A DNA stretch of 64,000 bases from an uncultured Gemmatimonadaceae bacterium (GCA_963829055.1 CAWHHI010000012.1:192001-256000); one strand, 5' to 3'; numbered from the stretch's first letter, positions 12,191-23,465 are shown. Numbers and translations are program-made. The notes: generated from the letters alone by a model not told the origin.

Positions 12191-13233
12191 GACTGCTCTG
12201 ACCGCAGAACAGCAATGTCCGCTTTGGCCTTCCCGATGAGCATTGCGCGCTCGTCGTCCGACAGGAACGCGCTCTCGAAGCCGTTCAGCGCGACGGCGCA
12301 GAGCTCGTCGAACGAGAAGTCGAGTCGTTCGGCCGCATGGATGTATTCGTCTGTGAGCGTGGTGCCGCTCATCAGACGATTGTCAGTGTTGAGCACGACG
12401 TTCATGCCGGCGTCGAAGTACCGACGGAACGGATGCGCTTCGTAGGATTCGGCGGCGTGCGTCTGGACGTTACTCGTCAGGCAGATCTCGAGCGCGACGT
12501 GCCGCTCGTTCAGATCCTCGGTGAGCGCGGCATCTTCGATGAGCCGAGTGGCGTGGCCGATACGTTGCGCACCGCAGGCGTAGACTGCCTCGCGCACGGA
12601 ATGCGCACCTGCGCCTTCGCCCGCGTGACACGTGCACGCGAGCCCATGCTCGCGTGCATGCTCGAACGCCCTTGCGTGCTCCGATGCCGGGTGGCCGCGC
12701 TCGCCGCCCGCGAGGTCGAATCCGACGACGCCGCGCCCCCTGTAGTCCACCGCGAGGCGCGCCAGCTCCATCGAGATGCCGGGCGAGAGATTGCGCAGCG
12801 CGCAGATGATCAGGCGGCTCACGATTCCGTGGTCGCGCTGCGCGCGCTCGACGCCGCGAAGCGCGGCCTCCACGGTGTCGCCGAGCGTCAGGTCATGCCG
12901 CGTGTTGAGGACCGGCGAGTAGCGCATCTCAATGTATCGCACACCCTCCGCGGCCGCGTCTTCCGCCAGCTCGTACGCGATGCGCTCGAGCGACTCGGCT
13001 GTCTGCATCACCGACAGCGTGATATCAAAGCGCGTCAGATAGTCTTCGAGGTTCTGCGCATCACGAACGACCATGAATTCGCGCAATGCATCGACATCGT
13101 CCGCGGGCATCGGCACGTGGTGGTCACGCCCGAGCTCGAGCAGGGTCGACGGACGAACCGATCCGTCGAGATGGCAGTGGAGCTCGGCTTTCGGGAGCCG
13201 GCGCAGCAGCGCGCGGGCGGGGATTGGCGACAT
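12187..13233 (-). CDS. add: Adenosine deaminase
   Basis: LPKAELHCHLDGS, GFDLAG, HAGE, RIGH, EICLTSN, LNTDN. Confidence 0.95.
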   Translation of the reverse strand: MSPIPARALLRRLPKAELHCHLDGSVRPSTLLELGRDHHVPMPADDVDALREFMVVRDAQNLEDYLTRFDITLSVMQTAESLERIAYELAEDAAAEGVRYIEMRYSPVLNTRHDLTLGDTVEAALRGVERAQRDHGIVSRLIICALRNLSPGISMELARLAVDYRGRGVVGFDLAGGERGHPASEHARAFEHAREHGLACTCHAGEGAGAHSVREAVYACGAQRIGHATRLIEDAALTEDLNERHVALEICLTSNVQTHAAESYEAHPFRRYFDAGMNVVLNTDNRLMSGTTLTDEYIHAAERLDFSFDELCAVALNGFESAFLSDDERAMLIGKAKADIAVLRSEQS

Positions 13234-13242
13234 GGAGCGGGT

Positions 13243-13491
13243 CTAGTCGTTAGGCTCGTCGGCGTCGTGCCGGCGGCGGGCGGGCAGCACGCGGAAGATC
13301 GCACCACCGTGGAGGGGCGCATCGGGGGCGGTCGGAAGGCCGCGGCTGTCCGCGATCACACGTTCGCCGACAGCAACTTCGTCGGCCGCGGCGGCGTTCC
13401 AGGCGCGCACCGCGTCCAGCGCCGTCGAACCCGGCGGAAGGTCGAGACCCGTAGCGTTGACGTAGACTCGCATCGTGGTGGGGCGATTCAA
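13243..13491 (-). CDS. Small hypothetical protein, possible beta-grasp (ThiS/MoaD-like) fold
   Basis: MRVYVNATGLDLPPGSTALDAV...; tightly coupled between the nucleotidase and add; no C-terminal GG. Confidence 0.55.
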   Translation of the reverse strand: MNRPTTMRVYVNATGLDLPPGSTALDAVRAWNAAAADEVAVGERVIADSRGLPTAPDAPLHGGAIFRVLPARRRHDADEPND

Positions 13492-16400
13492 GGGAGAGCG
13501 GCGGTCAGGCGTGATTCGAACGGATACCGCAGCGGCTGCGGCCGGGATTGGACGTAGCGTATCAGGGCGTCGAGGTCAGGGATGCCGAGTGGCTCGGTCT
13601 TGAGTGCCTGGCCCGCGAGGCCCAGCCCATCGCCGCCCGCGACGAGGAAGTTCGTGAGCACGAGCGTGTACGTCGCGTCGTCACGCAGCGGCTGACCGTT
13701 CGCCATTGCGACGCTGACCGAGCCGCGAGCCCGGCGGCTTGGCCGGAGCATAGACGATGGTCACGCCGCTCACGTGCGCGTTGATCTCGTCGCGCCCGAC
13801 GAGTCGCTCGAGGTACGCGCGCAGGTCCCGCCCGCGGACGGTGAGCCGATACAGCGTGTTGGCGAACGGATGGATCTCGAACAGGCTGCCGTACGTCGCC
13901 TGCCCCGCTTGCAGATCCGCACGAATGCCGCCGTTGTTCATCACGGCGACGTCCCCCTTCCCCGCCGCGCGCTGCGCGTCGGCGATGAGGTTGCCCAACG
14001 CATACTGTCGCCCGGACCGACGCAGCGGCTCGGCGATCTGCGCGATCGGGCGGCCCATCTCGGCCGCGACGGCGGCGACCACGCGCTTGACGAGTGAGTC
14101 CACTCCGGGATTCGGCACGACGGAATCAGCCAGCACGTCACGGACGTCGATGGTGGCGGCCCCGCCGCCTAACGGCACGTCGATGACACCGACGGCACGT
14201 CCGTGCGACCGCGCCTGGACGATCGGGATCCCGTTCACGTGCGTGTTCACGAACGAATGGGTGTGGCCGCTCACGATGGCGTCCACGCGCTCGGTGATGC
14301 CGCGAGCGAGGTCGATGATCTCGCCGTCGCATGTCGGCTCGCCAGCGGACGCACGCTGGCAGAACGCGCCAGCATGGGCGACGACGACCACCGCCTCGGC
14401 ACCCCGCGCGCGAAGTGCGCGAGCGCGCTCGTTCACGAGCGGAGCCGGCGCGGGGAACGTGAGGTCAGCGATATTCAGAACGAGCGTCGTGCGCGGGGTC
14501 TCCACTGTCGAGACCGCCGATGACGCCGACCTTGACCCCGCCTACGGAGATCAACGTGTCGTCCGGCATCCACGCGACGTCCCGGCCATCCGCGAAGCGA
14601 ACGTTCGCGCCGAGAATCGGGTAGCGCGCCTGCCGCATGCGCGCGCGCAGCGAATCGCGCCCCCAGTCCCATTCGTGGTTGCCTAACGCTGCCGCCGAGT
14701 AACCGAGCTTGTTGTACAGCTCGACGACGGTTGCGCCGTACGTACGGTTCGATGCGGCGGAGCCCTGGAACATGTCGCCGCCGTCGAGCAGCATGCTCGT
14801 GCACGTCGTTCGCGCCGCGCACTCGGCGCGCGCCTGCGTGATGACGGTCGCGACGTATGCGGCCCCGCCACGGCGGATGCCCGCGGAGTCGGGGCGCGGC
14901 TCGAACGACCCGTGGAAGTCGTTCGTCGCGATGATTCGCAGCGTGCGGCCAGGCGGCACCGGAAGGGGCGTCGGGTGCGGACGGGGAATGCCCGCGGCGC
15001 CCAGCGCGGGCGGCGTGCGCACCGGGCCGCCCGCCGGCTCGGCGCGTGTTGCGGTGCATGGCGAGGTACGCAGCCTCGACCGCCGGCGCCGGCTCGAGAC
15101 GCCAGTTCGGCGTGAAGTACGCGTTAGGCTCGAGCGTGCGTTGTCGCGTGACCTCGTCGATCAACAGTTGGCGAAGCTCCTGCTGCTTGTCGTACACGAC
15201 TGGCGCGCCCTGCAGCATCGCGTAGCCGCCGCCACCGCTTTGTCGATAGTTGTTCAGCGCGAGCGTGAATGTGTCGGTGTCCGCCACGGGCTTTCCCTTC
15301 ACACTCAACGTCGTGACGCGTGATCCGATCGGACGCGACACGTCCATGACGTAGTCGGCACCTGCCACGATGTCGAAGTTGTAGCCCGGGATGCGCTCGT
15401 TCACGAGCGGCGTGGTTCGACCGGTGTCGCCGGCGAAGGTCCGGTAGTACCGCGCGCTGAACTCGAGGTAGTCGCGCAGCTGGCGTCCGGAGATACGCAC
15501 GGCCCGCAGCGTGTTGTCGTACGGATACAGCCGCGCGAGCTCGGCGACGGTCACAGGGCCTGCGTCGAGTGCGGCATCGAGCGAGAAGGCGGAGCCGGCA
15601 GCAAGGTCCGCTCCGGCCGTGCGACGCTCCACCTCGAGCACGAAATCCATGAGAGGTGTATCGCGAACTCGGGCTGAGTCGCCGCGCCACGCGCTGGTGG
15701 TCGTGCCGACGGGACGATTGACGTACGCGATGGTTGCGGTGTGCGCGCGCGACACCGCGCTTACGACCGCCGGATTCTCAGCGTGGCCGGCGGACTGCAC
15801 CGTTGTACCGCGGCTGCTGGCGATGCGCCATTGCCCTGCACTGCGTTCCACCACGAGGTGCGCGACGCCGACGCTCGTCGCCCAGTTCTTCGGCTGAAGC
15901 AGGCGCGTCGTGCCGATGACGCTGTCAGCGAGCTCCTGATGCGAATGGCCGAACACAAGAAGATCGATGCCGGGAACTTCACGGGCGACACGTGCTGCGA
16001 CGTTCTCACTGGGCAACCCGGTCGTCACCGTGTCGTAGCTCGACTGACCGGTGAGGCCCGAGTGCAGCGTCACGACGATGACGTCCGCGCCTTTTGCGCG
16101 CGCATCGGCAACCGCGGTGCGCACCTCGGGGACGATGTCACGGATCACGACGCGTCCCCGGAGGTTGTCGCGATCCCACAGCATCGATCCGGGAGTCGTC
16201 GCGCCGACGATGCCGACCCGCACGTCACCGCGTTTCACGATGACGAACGCCGGATAGGCCCGTGCGCCGTTGGCGAGGTACGCGTTCGCGGCCAGAAAGG
16301 GGAACGACGCCTCCCGAATGGCGCGGCCGAGCGTGGAGAGGCCGTAGTTGAACTCGTGGTTACCGACCGCGGACGCGTCGTACCGCATGACATTCATCGC

Positions 16401-16749
16401 GGCAATGACCGGGTGAGGACCGGTCGTATCGACACGCGCACCAACGAACGCGAGCGGATTCCCCTGTAACAGGTCGCCCGCATCGACGAGGACGACGCGG
16501 TCGGGGTTCGCCGTCCGAACGGAATCGACGATGGTCGCCGCTCGAGAGAGCCCCCGGAGCGAGTCGGCGCCGCCCGCGTAGTAGTCCCAACCCGTGAGGC
16601 GACCGTGAACATCGGTGGTGGCCGCAACGACGAGGTCGAAGGACTCGGCGGGACTACCGGTCCGACGGTTCGCCGCACACGAATGCGATCCACGGCGCGA
16701 ACCCGAACAGGAGCGCGCGGCGCGCGAGGGAGGACACGGGACGTGACAT
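13488..16749 (-). CDS. Secreted double metallophosphoesterase: CpdB-like 2',3'-cyclic-nucleotide phosphodiesterase fused to a UshA-like 5'-nucleotidase (several apparent frameshifts)
   Basis: Module 1: TTDVHG, DAGDLLQG, GNHEFNYG, FGHSH, YPYDN. Module 2: TNDFHG, DGGDMFQG, GNHEWDWG, SGHTH, NNGGIR, HPFAN, GGDG. Signal-like N-terminus from ATG 16749. Confidence 0.85.
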
Positions 16750-16819
16750 TGGGGAAAGGTACGTCAGTGCCGCAGCCGGCAGAATCCAGTGGTGGTACGG
16801 TTGTGCGATTGACGAACCG

Positions 16820-17572
16820 ATGGAGGCCGACAAGCTTGATCGCATGCCGATACAGAACCGTGACGGTGCGGACGCTTCTCTTTACGACGTCGGCACGCGA
16901 ACGTCCGGCGAGAGCAGTGCAGCCGAGTCGTTGGACGCGTCGCACAGGAAGCCGCTGGTGATAGGCATTGCCGGTGGCTCGGGGTCCGGGAAATCGACGG
17001 TCGCGCGAAAAGTTGGTGAAGCGATCTCGCGGTCGTCGGTCGCGTTTCTCGACATGGATGCCTACTATCGCAACTTCGCGCATCTTCCGATGGAAGATCG
17101 CAAGCGCGTGAACTGGGATCACCCCGAGGCGTTCGACACGAGGTTGTTCGCGTCGCAGGTACGAGACCTATGTGCCGGGAAGCCTGTGGACAAACCCGTC
17201 TACGACTTCGTCACGCACACACGAAGTCCGCGCACGGAGCATGTGAGTCCGGCGAATGTGCTCGTGCTCGACGGCATTCTGCTCTTCGTGGACGAGGAGA
17301 TGCGGGCGCTGTGTGACGTGAAGGTGTTCGTCGACGCAGACCCCGACATTCGACTCATCCGGCGTCTCCGACGTGACGTGCAGAAGCGTGGGCGGACGCT
17401 CGACGATGTGATCGCGCAGTACCTCGAGACCGTTCACCCCATGCATTTGCAATTCGTCGAACCGAGTAAACGTTATGCGGACGTGATCGTGCCACGAGGA
17501 GGGCACAACGCCATCGCCATCGAGATGATCGTCGCGAAAATCCAGCACCGCCTGCGCGGGCGGCCGGCGTGA
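16820..17572 (+). CDS. udk: Uridine kinase (start uncertain)
   Basis: IGIAGGSGSGKST, DAYY, NWDHPEAFD, RLIRRLRRD, FVEPSKRYADVIVP. Confidence 0.95.
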   Translation: MEADKLDRMPIQNRDGADASLYDVGTRTSGESSAAESLDASHRKPLVIGIAGGSGSGKSTVARKVGEAISRSSVAFLDMDAYYRNFAHLPMEDRKRVNWDHPEAFDTRLFASQVRDLCAGKPVDKPVYDFVTHTRSPRTEHVSPANVLVLDGILLFVDEEMRALCDVKVFVDADPDIRLIRRLRRDVQKRGRTLDDVIAQYLETVHPMHLQFVEPSKRYADVIVPRGGHNAIAIEMIVAKIQHRLRGRPA

Positions 17573-18291
17573 CACAGACTCCCGTGAGCGGCGAGCGCCT
17601 GCTCGTCGTGGACGACGAACCCGATATCGCGGCGCTCGTCTCGTTTCATCTGGTGAAAGCCGGGTACCGCGTCTCGACAGCGGCCAATGGGACGGACGCG
17701 ATCGCGCAGACGCGACAGGAGCATCCCGTCCTGATCGTTCTCGATCTCATGCTTCCCGGCATGTCGGGCTACGAGGTGCTCGAGCAACTGCGCGCCGACA
17801 ATGCAACGCGAGATGTCGCGGTGCTCATGCTCACCGCGCGCAAGGAAGAGCAGGATCGCATTCGCGGTCTCTCGCTCGGCGCCGATGACTATCTGACGAA
17901 ACCGTTCAGCCCGCAGGAGCTCGTGCTTCGTGTGGGCGCGATCCTCCGCCGCGTTGCGCAGGCCCCGTCGCCAGCGGCCGACGTTCTGCGCATCGGGACG
18001 CTGCAGATCGACCGCGGCGCGCATCGCGTCGCCGTCGACGGCGCGGACGTCGAGCTCACGCCGACCGAATACCGCCTGCTCGTCACGCTGGCAGAGCGTC
18101 GCGGGCGCGTGCAGGCGCGCGGTCATCTGCTGGAGACCGTGTGGGAAGCGGCGCCGGACATCCAGACCCGAACGGTGGACATGCACGTGCAGCGACTGCG
18201 GACGAAGCTCGGGTCCGCCGGCGACCTGATCGAAACGGTTCGCGGATTCGGCTATCGGTTGCGCACGGCGGGGCAGTCACGCAGCGCGTGA
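17569..18291 (+). CDS. phoB: OmpR/PhoB-family response regulator, probably PhoB
   Basis: Receiver domain (VVDDE, LDLMLP, GADDYLTKPFS) plus winged helix (LTPTEY, RTVDMHVQRLR, IETVRGFGY); upstream of the pst locus. Confidence 0.85.
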   Translation: MTQTPVSGERLLVVDDEPDIAALVSFHLVKAGYRVSTAANGTDAIAQTRQEHPVLIVLDLMLPGMSGYEVLEQLRADNATRDVAVLMLTARKEEQDRIRGLSLGADDYLTKPFSPQELVLRVGAILRRVAQAPSPAADVLRIGTLQIDRGAHRVAVDGADVELTPTEYRLLVTLAERRGRVQARGHLLETVWEAAPDIQTRTVDMHVQRLRTKLGSAGDLIETVRGFGYRLRTAGQSRSA

Positions 18292-18301
18292 CCACGCCGA
18301 C

Positions 18302-20020
18302 GTGAAGCTCACCCAGCGGCTGCTCATCGGCTCGCTTCTCATAGTTGGCGTCCTCGTCGCGCTCGTCGTCGCAATTCTCGACGGACGGTTGCGACTCCGG
18401 TTCTACGAGGAGAGCTCGGCTGCCCTACTCCGCGAAGCACGCCTCGTTGCCGCTCAATGGCGACCCGGCCTGAACGTCGACTCGCTCGCGAATGCAGCCG
18501 GCGGGGCACTCGGCCATCGAGTTACGCTCATCGACTCGTCGGGCAAGGTCGTCGGCGACTCCGAGTTCGATCCACCGGCACTCGGCGAGCTCGAGAACCA
18601 CCTAACGCGGCCCGAGGTGCAGGATGCACTGCGCGGCGGCACTGGCACTTCACGGCGCGTGAGCCCGTCGGCCGGAGACGAGGAGCTGTACGCGGCGGTG
18701 CGCTCGGGCCACGGCGTCGCCCGTGTCTCTGTGAGTGCAGTCGCAATCCAACAACTGTTCGCGCGCGCGCGCGCCGACGTACTCGTGGCGGCAGGCATCG
18801 CGCTCGCGCTCGCGTTCGTGCTCGCGTGGTTCTTCTCGCAGTCCGTTGCGCGTCCGGTGGTCGAGCTCCGGGACGTGGCGCGATCACTCGCCGCCGGAGA
18901 TCTCAAGCGTCGGCCCTCGCTCGCCGCTCCGGGCGAAGTCGGCGACCTCGCCAGTGCGATTCATCGACTGGCCGAGCAGTTGAGCAGTCGGCTCGAAGCG
19001 CTCGAGGCGGAAGAAGTGAGGCTCGTCGCGCTGACCGAGTCGCTCAACGAGGGCGTCATCGCGATCGACGCGCGACAGCAAGTCGCGCAGGTGAACCAGC
19101 GCGCGCGTGACCTGCTCGGTCTCAAGGACACCGTTCCGTTTCCTGCGTCCAACCTGCCACGGGAGCGCGGGCTCCGGGAAGCGATCGGCACTGCGCTGGC
19201 GGGCCACGCCGTCGACGCGCATGAGGTACAGATCGGCGGGCGCGAGCTCGCGCTCACCGCGCGGCCACTGCAGACGGGCGGCGCGGTCATCGCGCTGTTT
19301 GATCTCACGCCGGTACGACGCCTGGAGATCGTGCGCCGCGACTTCGTGGCGAACGTCTCGCACGAGTTGCGGACGCCGCTCACCGTCATCGGCGGCTTCG
19401 CCGAGACCCTGCTGGACGATTCGCTCCCTGACGAGCAGCGGCGTCAGTTCACGCAAACCGTGCTCGCGAACACGCAGCGCATGCAGCGCCTCGTGGACGA
19501 CCTGCTGGACCTCTCGCGCATCGAGTCCGGCGGGTGGAAGTCCAAGCCGGTGCGGACCGATGTGCGCGCGCTCGCCTCCGAAGCGTTGGCGGCAGTCGAG
19601 CAGCAGCACCCGGAGAAGCACCTGGATCTGCGACTGGAGATCGGTGCTGGGGCGACGCATGTCTGGGCTGATCCCACCGCCTTGCGTCAGGTGCTGGCGA
19701 ACCTCGTCGACAACGCGGTGCGGCACACCAATCAGGGTACGGTGACGGTCTACTCGCAACGCGCGCCGGGTGGCGTCGCGGTTGGCGTTCGCGACACCGG
19801 CATCGGGATACCGGCCGAGCATCTGCCGCGGATCTTCGAGCGCTTCTATCGTGTGGACGCCGGCCGCTCCCGCTCCGAGGGCGGCACCGGCCTCGGGCTG
19901 GCCATCGTGAAGCATCTCGTCGAGGGCCACCGCGGCCGCGTTAGGGCCGAGAGCACGGTCGGCCGCGGCACGAACATCTGGGCGGAATTCCCCGAGGCCA
20001 CGTCCGTTACAGCGACGTGA
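18302..20020 (+). CDS. phoR: PhoR-like sensor histidine kinase (HAMP, PAS-like, HisKA, HATPase)
   Basis: ENHLTRPEV periplasmic motif, RRDFVANVSHELRTPLT, NLVDNA, DTGIGI, RIFERFYRVD, GGTGLGLAIVKH. Confidence 0.87.
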   Translation: MKLTQRLLIGSLLIVGVLVALVVAILDGRLRLRFYEESSAALLREARLVAAQWRPGLNVDSLANAAGGALGHRVTLIDSSGKVVGDSEFDPPALGELENHLTRPEVQDALRGGTGTSRRVSPSAGDEELYAAVRSGHGVARVSVSAVAIQQLFARARADVLVAAGIALALAFVLAWFFSQSVARPVVELRDVARSLAAGDLKRRPSLAAPGEVGDLASAIHRLAEQLSSRLEALEAEEVRLVALTESLNEGVIAIDARQQVAQVNQRARDLLGLKDTVPFPASNLPRERGLREAIGTALAGHAVDAHEVQIGGRELALTARPLQTGGAVIALFDLTPVRRLEIVRRDFVANVSHELRTPLTVIGGFAETLLDDSLPDEQRRQFTQTVLANTQRMQRLVDDLLDLSRIESGGWKSKPVRTDVRALASEALAAVEQQHPEKHLDLRLEIGAGATHVWADPTALRQVLANLVDNAVRHTNQGTVTVYSQRAPGGVAVGVRDTGIGIPAEHLPRIFERFYRVDAGRSRSEGGTGLGLAIVKHLVEGHRGRVRAESTVGRGTNIWAEFPEATSVTAT

Positions 20021-20043
20021 CGGGCGCGCACTGATGGCGTGAC
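20006..20043 (+). promoter_or_regulatory. Pho-box-like direct repeats with 11-bp period
   Basis: GTTAC at 20006, GTGAC at 20017, GTGAC at 20039 (+11, then +22). Confidence 0.5.
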
Positions 20044-20057
20044 GGCGCCGGGAGAGC

Positions 20058-20459
20058 TTGAGCGCAACGCCCTCCGGAGCCCCGGTGATCCACAAGTCTG
20101 GACTTACGATAGAATCCCACGCGAGCGCCGCCAGTGCGTATCTCAGCGGCCCGCTCTCGCTCGGGTTGACGGCCCGTGCCATCAGCGCGTTCTGCGCGTT
20201 GCCGACGCGCGTGCGTGCCCTACGCGTCGACCTCCGGGCCATCACGGTCTGCGATGTCGACGCCCTGCTCATGCTCGAATCGCTCGTCGTCGAGTGGTGT
20301 CATGCGCGACGCGGTGTGAGTCGTATTACACGACCGCGCGTCGGCGGCCGTGACCCGTTCGTTGCAATTCCGTGCGCGATTCGAGACGCGCCTGACGCAC
20401 AGTTAGGACCAGAGCGTGATGTTCGAGTCCTCTCGTCGCCACCTACTCTCATCTGGTGA
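20058..20459 (+). CDS. Hypothetical protein, weakly STAS-like (start uncertain)
   Basis: YLSGPLSL...LRVDLRAITVCDVDALLML pattern resembles STAS strand-helix order. Confidence 0.35.
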   Translation: MSATPSGAPVIHKSGLTIESHASAASAYLSGPLSLGLTARAISAFCALPTRVRALRVDLRAITVCDVDALLMLESLVVEWCHARRGVSRITRPRVGGRDPFVAIPCAIRDAPDAQLGPERDVRVLSSPPTLIW

Positions 20460-20460
20460 A

Positions 20461-23300
20461 ATGGACACAATCTTGTCGGATCTCGGGCTCGCGGTGCGGG
20501 CTCGTTTCGTACGTAGCATTCTCTTCGTCGCGTGTGTGGCTGTTCCGTCGACGCCAATCGCACTCTCCGCGCAGCAGCCCGCTGCGCCCGAAGCCGCGCG
20601 CACGGGGCGCATCGTCGGCAGAATTCTGGACGCCGCGACCGGTCAGGGCCTGAGCGACGTCGGCGTGCAGATCGTCGGCACGACGTTAGGCACCTCGTCC
20701 GCGATCGAAGGCCGATACACCGTGGTGAACGTTCCCGCCGGCACTGTGACAATTCAGGTGCGACGGATCGGCTACGCACCGAAGACCGTCACTGGCATCC
20801 TGCTCGAATGCCGGCCAGACGCTCGAGCAGAACATCACGCATGCAGCCCGCCACGGTGCAACTGCAGGCGATGCAGGTGACTGCGGCCAACGAACGCGGC
20901 ACCGTGAACGAGGCACTGGACCAGCAGCGCACAGCGACTGGCATCGTGAGCTCCGTGACCGCAGAGCAGATCACGCGGAGCCCCGACAGCGACGCCGCGC
21001 AGGCCGTACAGCGGGTGAGCGGGGTGACGGTCCAGGATGGGCGCTATGTGTTCGTCCGCGGGCTCGGAGAGCGGTACACGACGGCGTCGCTGAATGGAGC
21101 GCGAATCCCGAGTCCGGAGCCGGAGAAGCGCGTGGTGCCGCTCGACATGTTTCCGTCCGGGCTTCTTCAGTCGATCACGACGTCCAAGACCTTCACGCCC
21201 GATCAGTCGGGCGATTTCAGCGGCGCGCAGGTCGACATCCGCACACGCGAGTTCCCGGCACGGCGGCAGATCACGTATTCGCTGACGACCGGGGTCAACT
21301 CCGGCTCTACCGGCTCGAACATCCTGACCGCTCCACGTGCCGGAGGCGAGCGGTTGGCCTTCGTCGGGACGAAGCGCGACCTGCCGTGGCTCGTCGCGTC
21401 CGTCGGCAACTTCCAGCAGATCAATCTCAATCAGGGCGACAAGAATCTCCTGATCAACACGTTCCGGAACTCGTGGGCGCCAGAGACCGAGCGCGCGTCG
21501 CCTAACGTCACAGCGTCCATGTCGGTCGGCGGGAACGACGCCATGCTCGGGCACCGCGTCGGCTATGTGGCGTCCGGGACATACTCGCTCGTGCAGGACC
21601 AGAAATCCGAACAGACGCGTGCGCTCGCTGATCGCGGCACCACCTTCGGCGAGACACGCGAGATCGACCACTTCGACGGTTCCACAGGGAGCTCGTCGGT
21701 GCTGTGGGGCGGACTCGTCAATCTGAGCACGCTCGTTGGCACGAACACGCGACTCATGTTCAACAACACGTACAACCGGACGGCGGACAACGACGCCCGG
21801 TCGGAGACGGGGTCCCTGGAAAACGAGGGCGTCCGTGCGCACATCGACCGGCTCCAGTACGTCGAGCGCAGCGTGCGGTCGAATCAGCTCGCCGGCGAGC
21901 ACCAGGTGGGAGACCGGCACAAGGTGGATTGGGCAGCGACGTCGTCGGCCGTCACGCGCGATGAGCCGGATCGCTCCGAGTTCGTGTCCGTTCTCGAACG
22001 CACGACGCCTAACGGGCCCGAGTCCTCGCTGTGGCTGAACACGGGCAACCAGGGCGCGGTCCGTACGTTCTCCAAGCTGGACGAACAGAGCAGCGAGGGG
22101 AAACTCAACTACCAGCTCACGTTCCCGTGGCGTGGGCGCGATAACCTGGTGAAGGTCGGTGGGCTCTACCGCGCCACTGACCGTGACGCCGACTCGCGCG
22201 CGTTCAGCATCAGCGCTGCGGCAGCGCCCTTGTCGGTCCGCGAGCTGCCGCCGGAGGAGCTGTTCGACGGGCGCTTCAGCCAGGGCGCGTCCAACGTGTT
22301 CGACATTGCTCCGTTGGGTCAGGGCGGTGCGTACGACGCGCGCGATCGGTTGACGGCGAGCTACGCCATGACGGAGATCGGCATCACGGACCGAGTTCGC
22401 TTCATTGGCGGCGCGCGGTTGGAGCTCGACAACGTCCGTGTCAACGCCGTGTCCACACTCGGGTCTCCGGTGTCGACGGACAAGTCGTGGACGGACGTGC
22501 TACCGTCAGCGGCCGTCAACGTTAGGCTGACGGAGGCGCAGAGCGTCCGTCTGTCGGTGTCCCGCACGCTTGCTCGCCCCGAATACCGCGAGCTCGCCCC
22601 GATCGCGAGTCGCGACGTGATTGGTGGCGACAACATCGAAGGGGACCCGAATCTCGAGCGTACACTCATCTCGAACGCCGACGTTCGCTGGGAGTGGTAT
22701 CCCAACGCCGGTGAAGTCGTGAGCGTGGCGCTGTTCGGCAAGCGTTTCGAGAAACCGATCGAGCGCGTGTATCGGCCCGTGGGAAGCGGATCGCGCACTG
22801 TGTTCTATCTGAACGCGGCAGGAGCCGACAACTACGGGATCGAGCTCGAGCTGCGGAAGAATATGGGTATCCTCGCGCGTGCGCTCGAGCCACTTACCGC
22901 CTTCACGAACGTCACGGTGATGGAGAGCAAGATCGAGCTCGGGGAGACGACCGCGAGCGCCACGAACAAGAATCGCCGGATGGTCGGGCAGTCTCCGTAT
23001 GTCGTTAACGCAGGACTCACGTACGCTCCGCTTCGCGGATCCACGAGCGCGACGCTGCTCTTCAATCGCGTCGGCGAGCGCATCGACGCCGCAGGCGATC
23101 AGCCCCTACCTGACGTGGTCGAGCAGGCGCGCACCGCACTGGATTTCTCGGTGCACTTCCCGCTGCTCTCCTCGCTCAGTGGACGCTTCGACGCCAAGAA
23201 TCTGCTCAATGATCCATACAAGACCGTGCAGGGCTCGGTCACGCGCGAATACTATCGCACCGGCCGCGTGCTCCAGCTTGGACTCGTGTGGCGTCCGTAG
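20461..23300 (+). CDS. TonB-dependent receptor with N-terminal carboxypeptidase-regulatory-like domain (apparent frameshifts near 20810-20840)
   Basis: GRIVGRILDAATG, plug SPDSDAAQAVQRVSGV...VRGLGERY...VPLDMFP, barrel YELAP/RWEWYP/KNLLN, aromatic C-terminus. Confidence 0.9.
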
Positions 23301-23307
23301 TCGCGTT

Positions 23308-23433
23308 GTCATTCCGAGCGGAGCGCCGGAGGCGCGGAGTCGAGGAATCTTGCGCTCCGGCAGAGCGCCTGACGCTCGACGCGTGACCGAGGATTCCTCG
23401 ACTCCGCCGCTGCGCGGCTGCGCTCGGAATGAC
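23308..23433. repeat. REP/RPE-like imperfect palindrome, about 126 bp
   Basis: GTCATTCCGAGCG...CGCTCGGAATGAC termini; inner GCGGAGTCGAGGAATC / GATTCCTCGACTCCGC. Confidence 0.8.
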
Positions 23434-23438
23434 GCGCC

Positions 23439-23465
23439 GTGACATCGCCGTGACGCGCGTGAGAC
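23439..23465 (+). promoter_or_regulatory. Pho-box-like direct repeats with 11-bp period
   Basis: GTGAC 23439, GTGAC 23450, GAGAC 23461, upstream of the FN3 lipoprotein. Confidence 0.55.
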
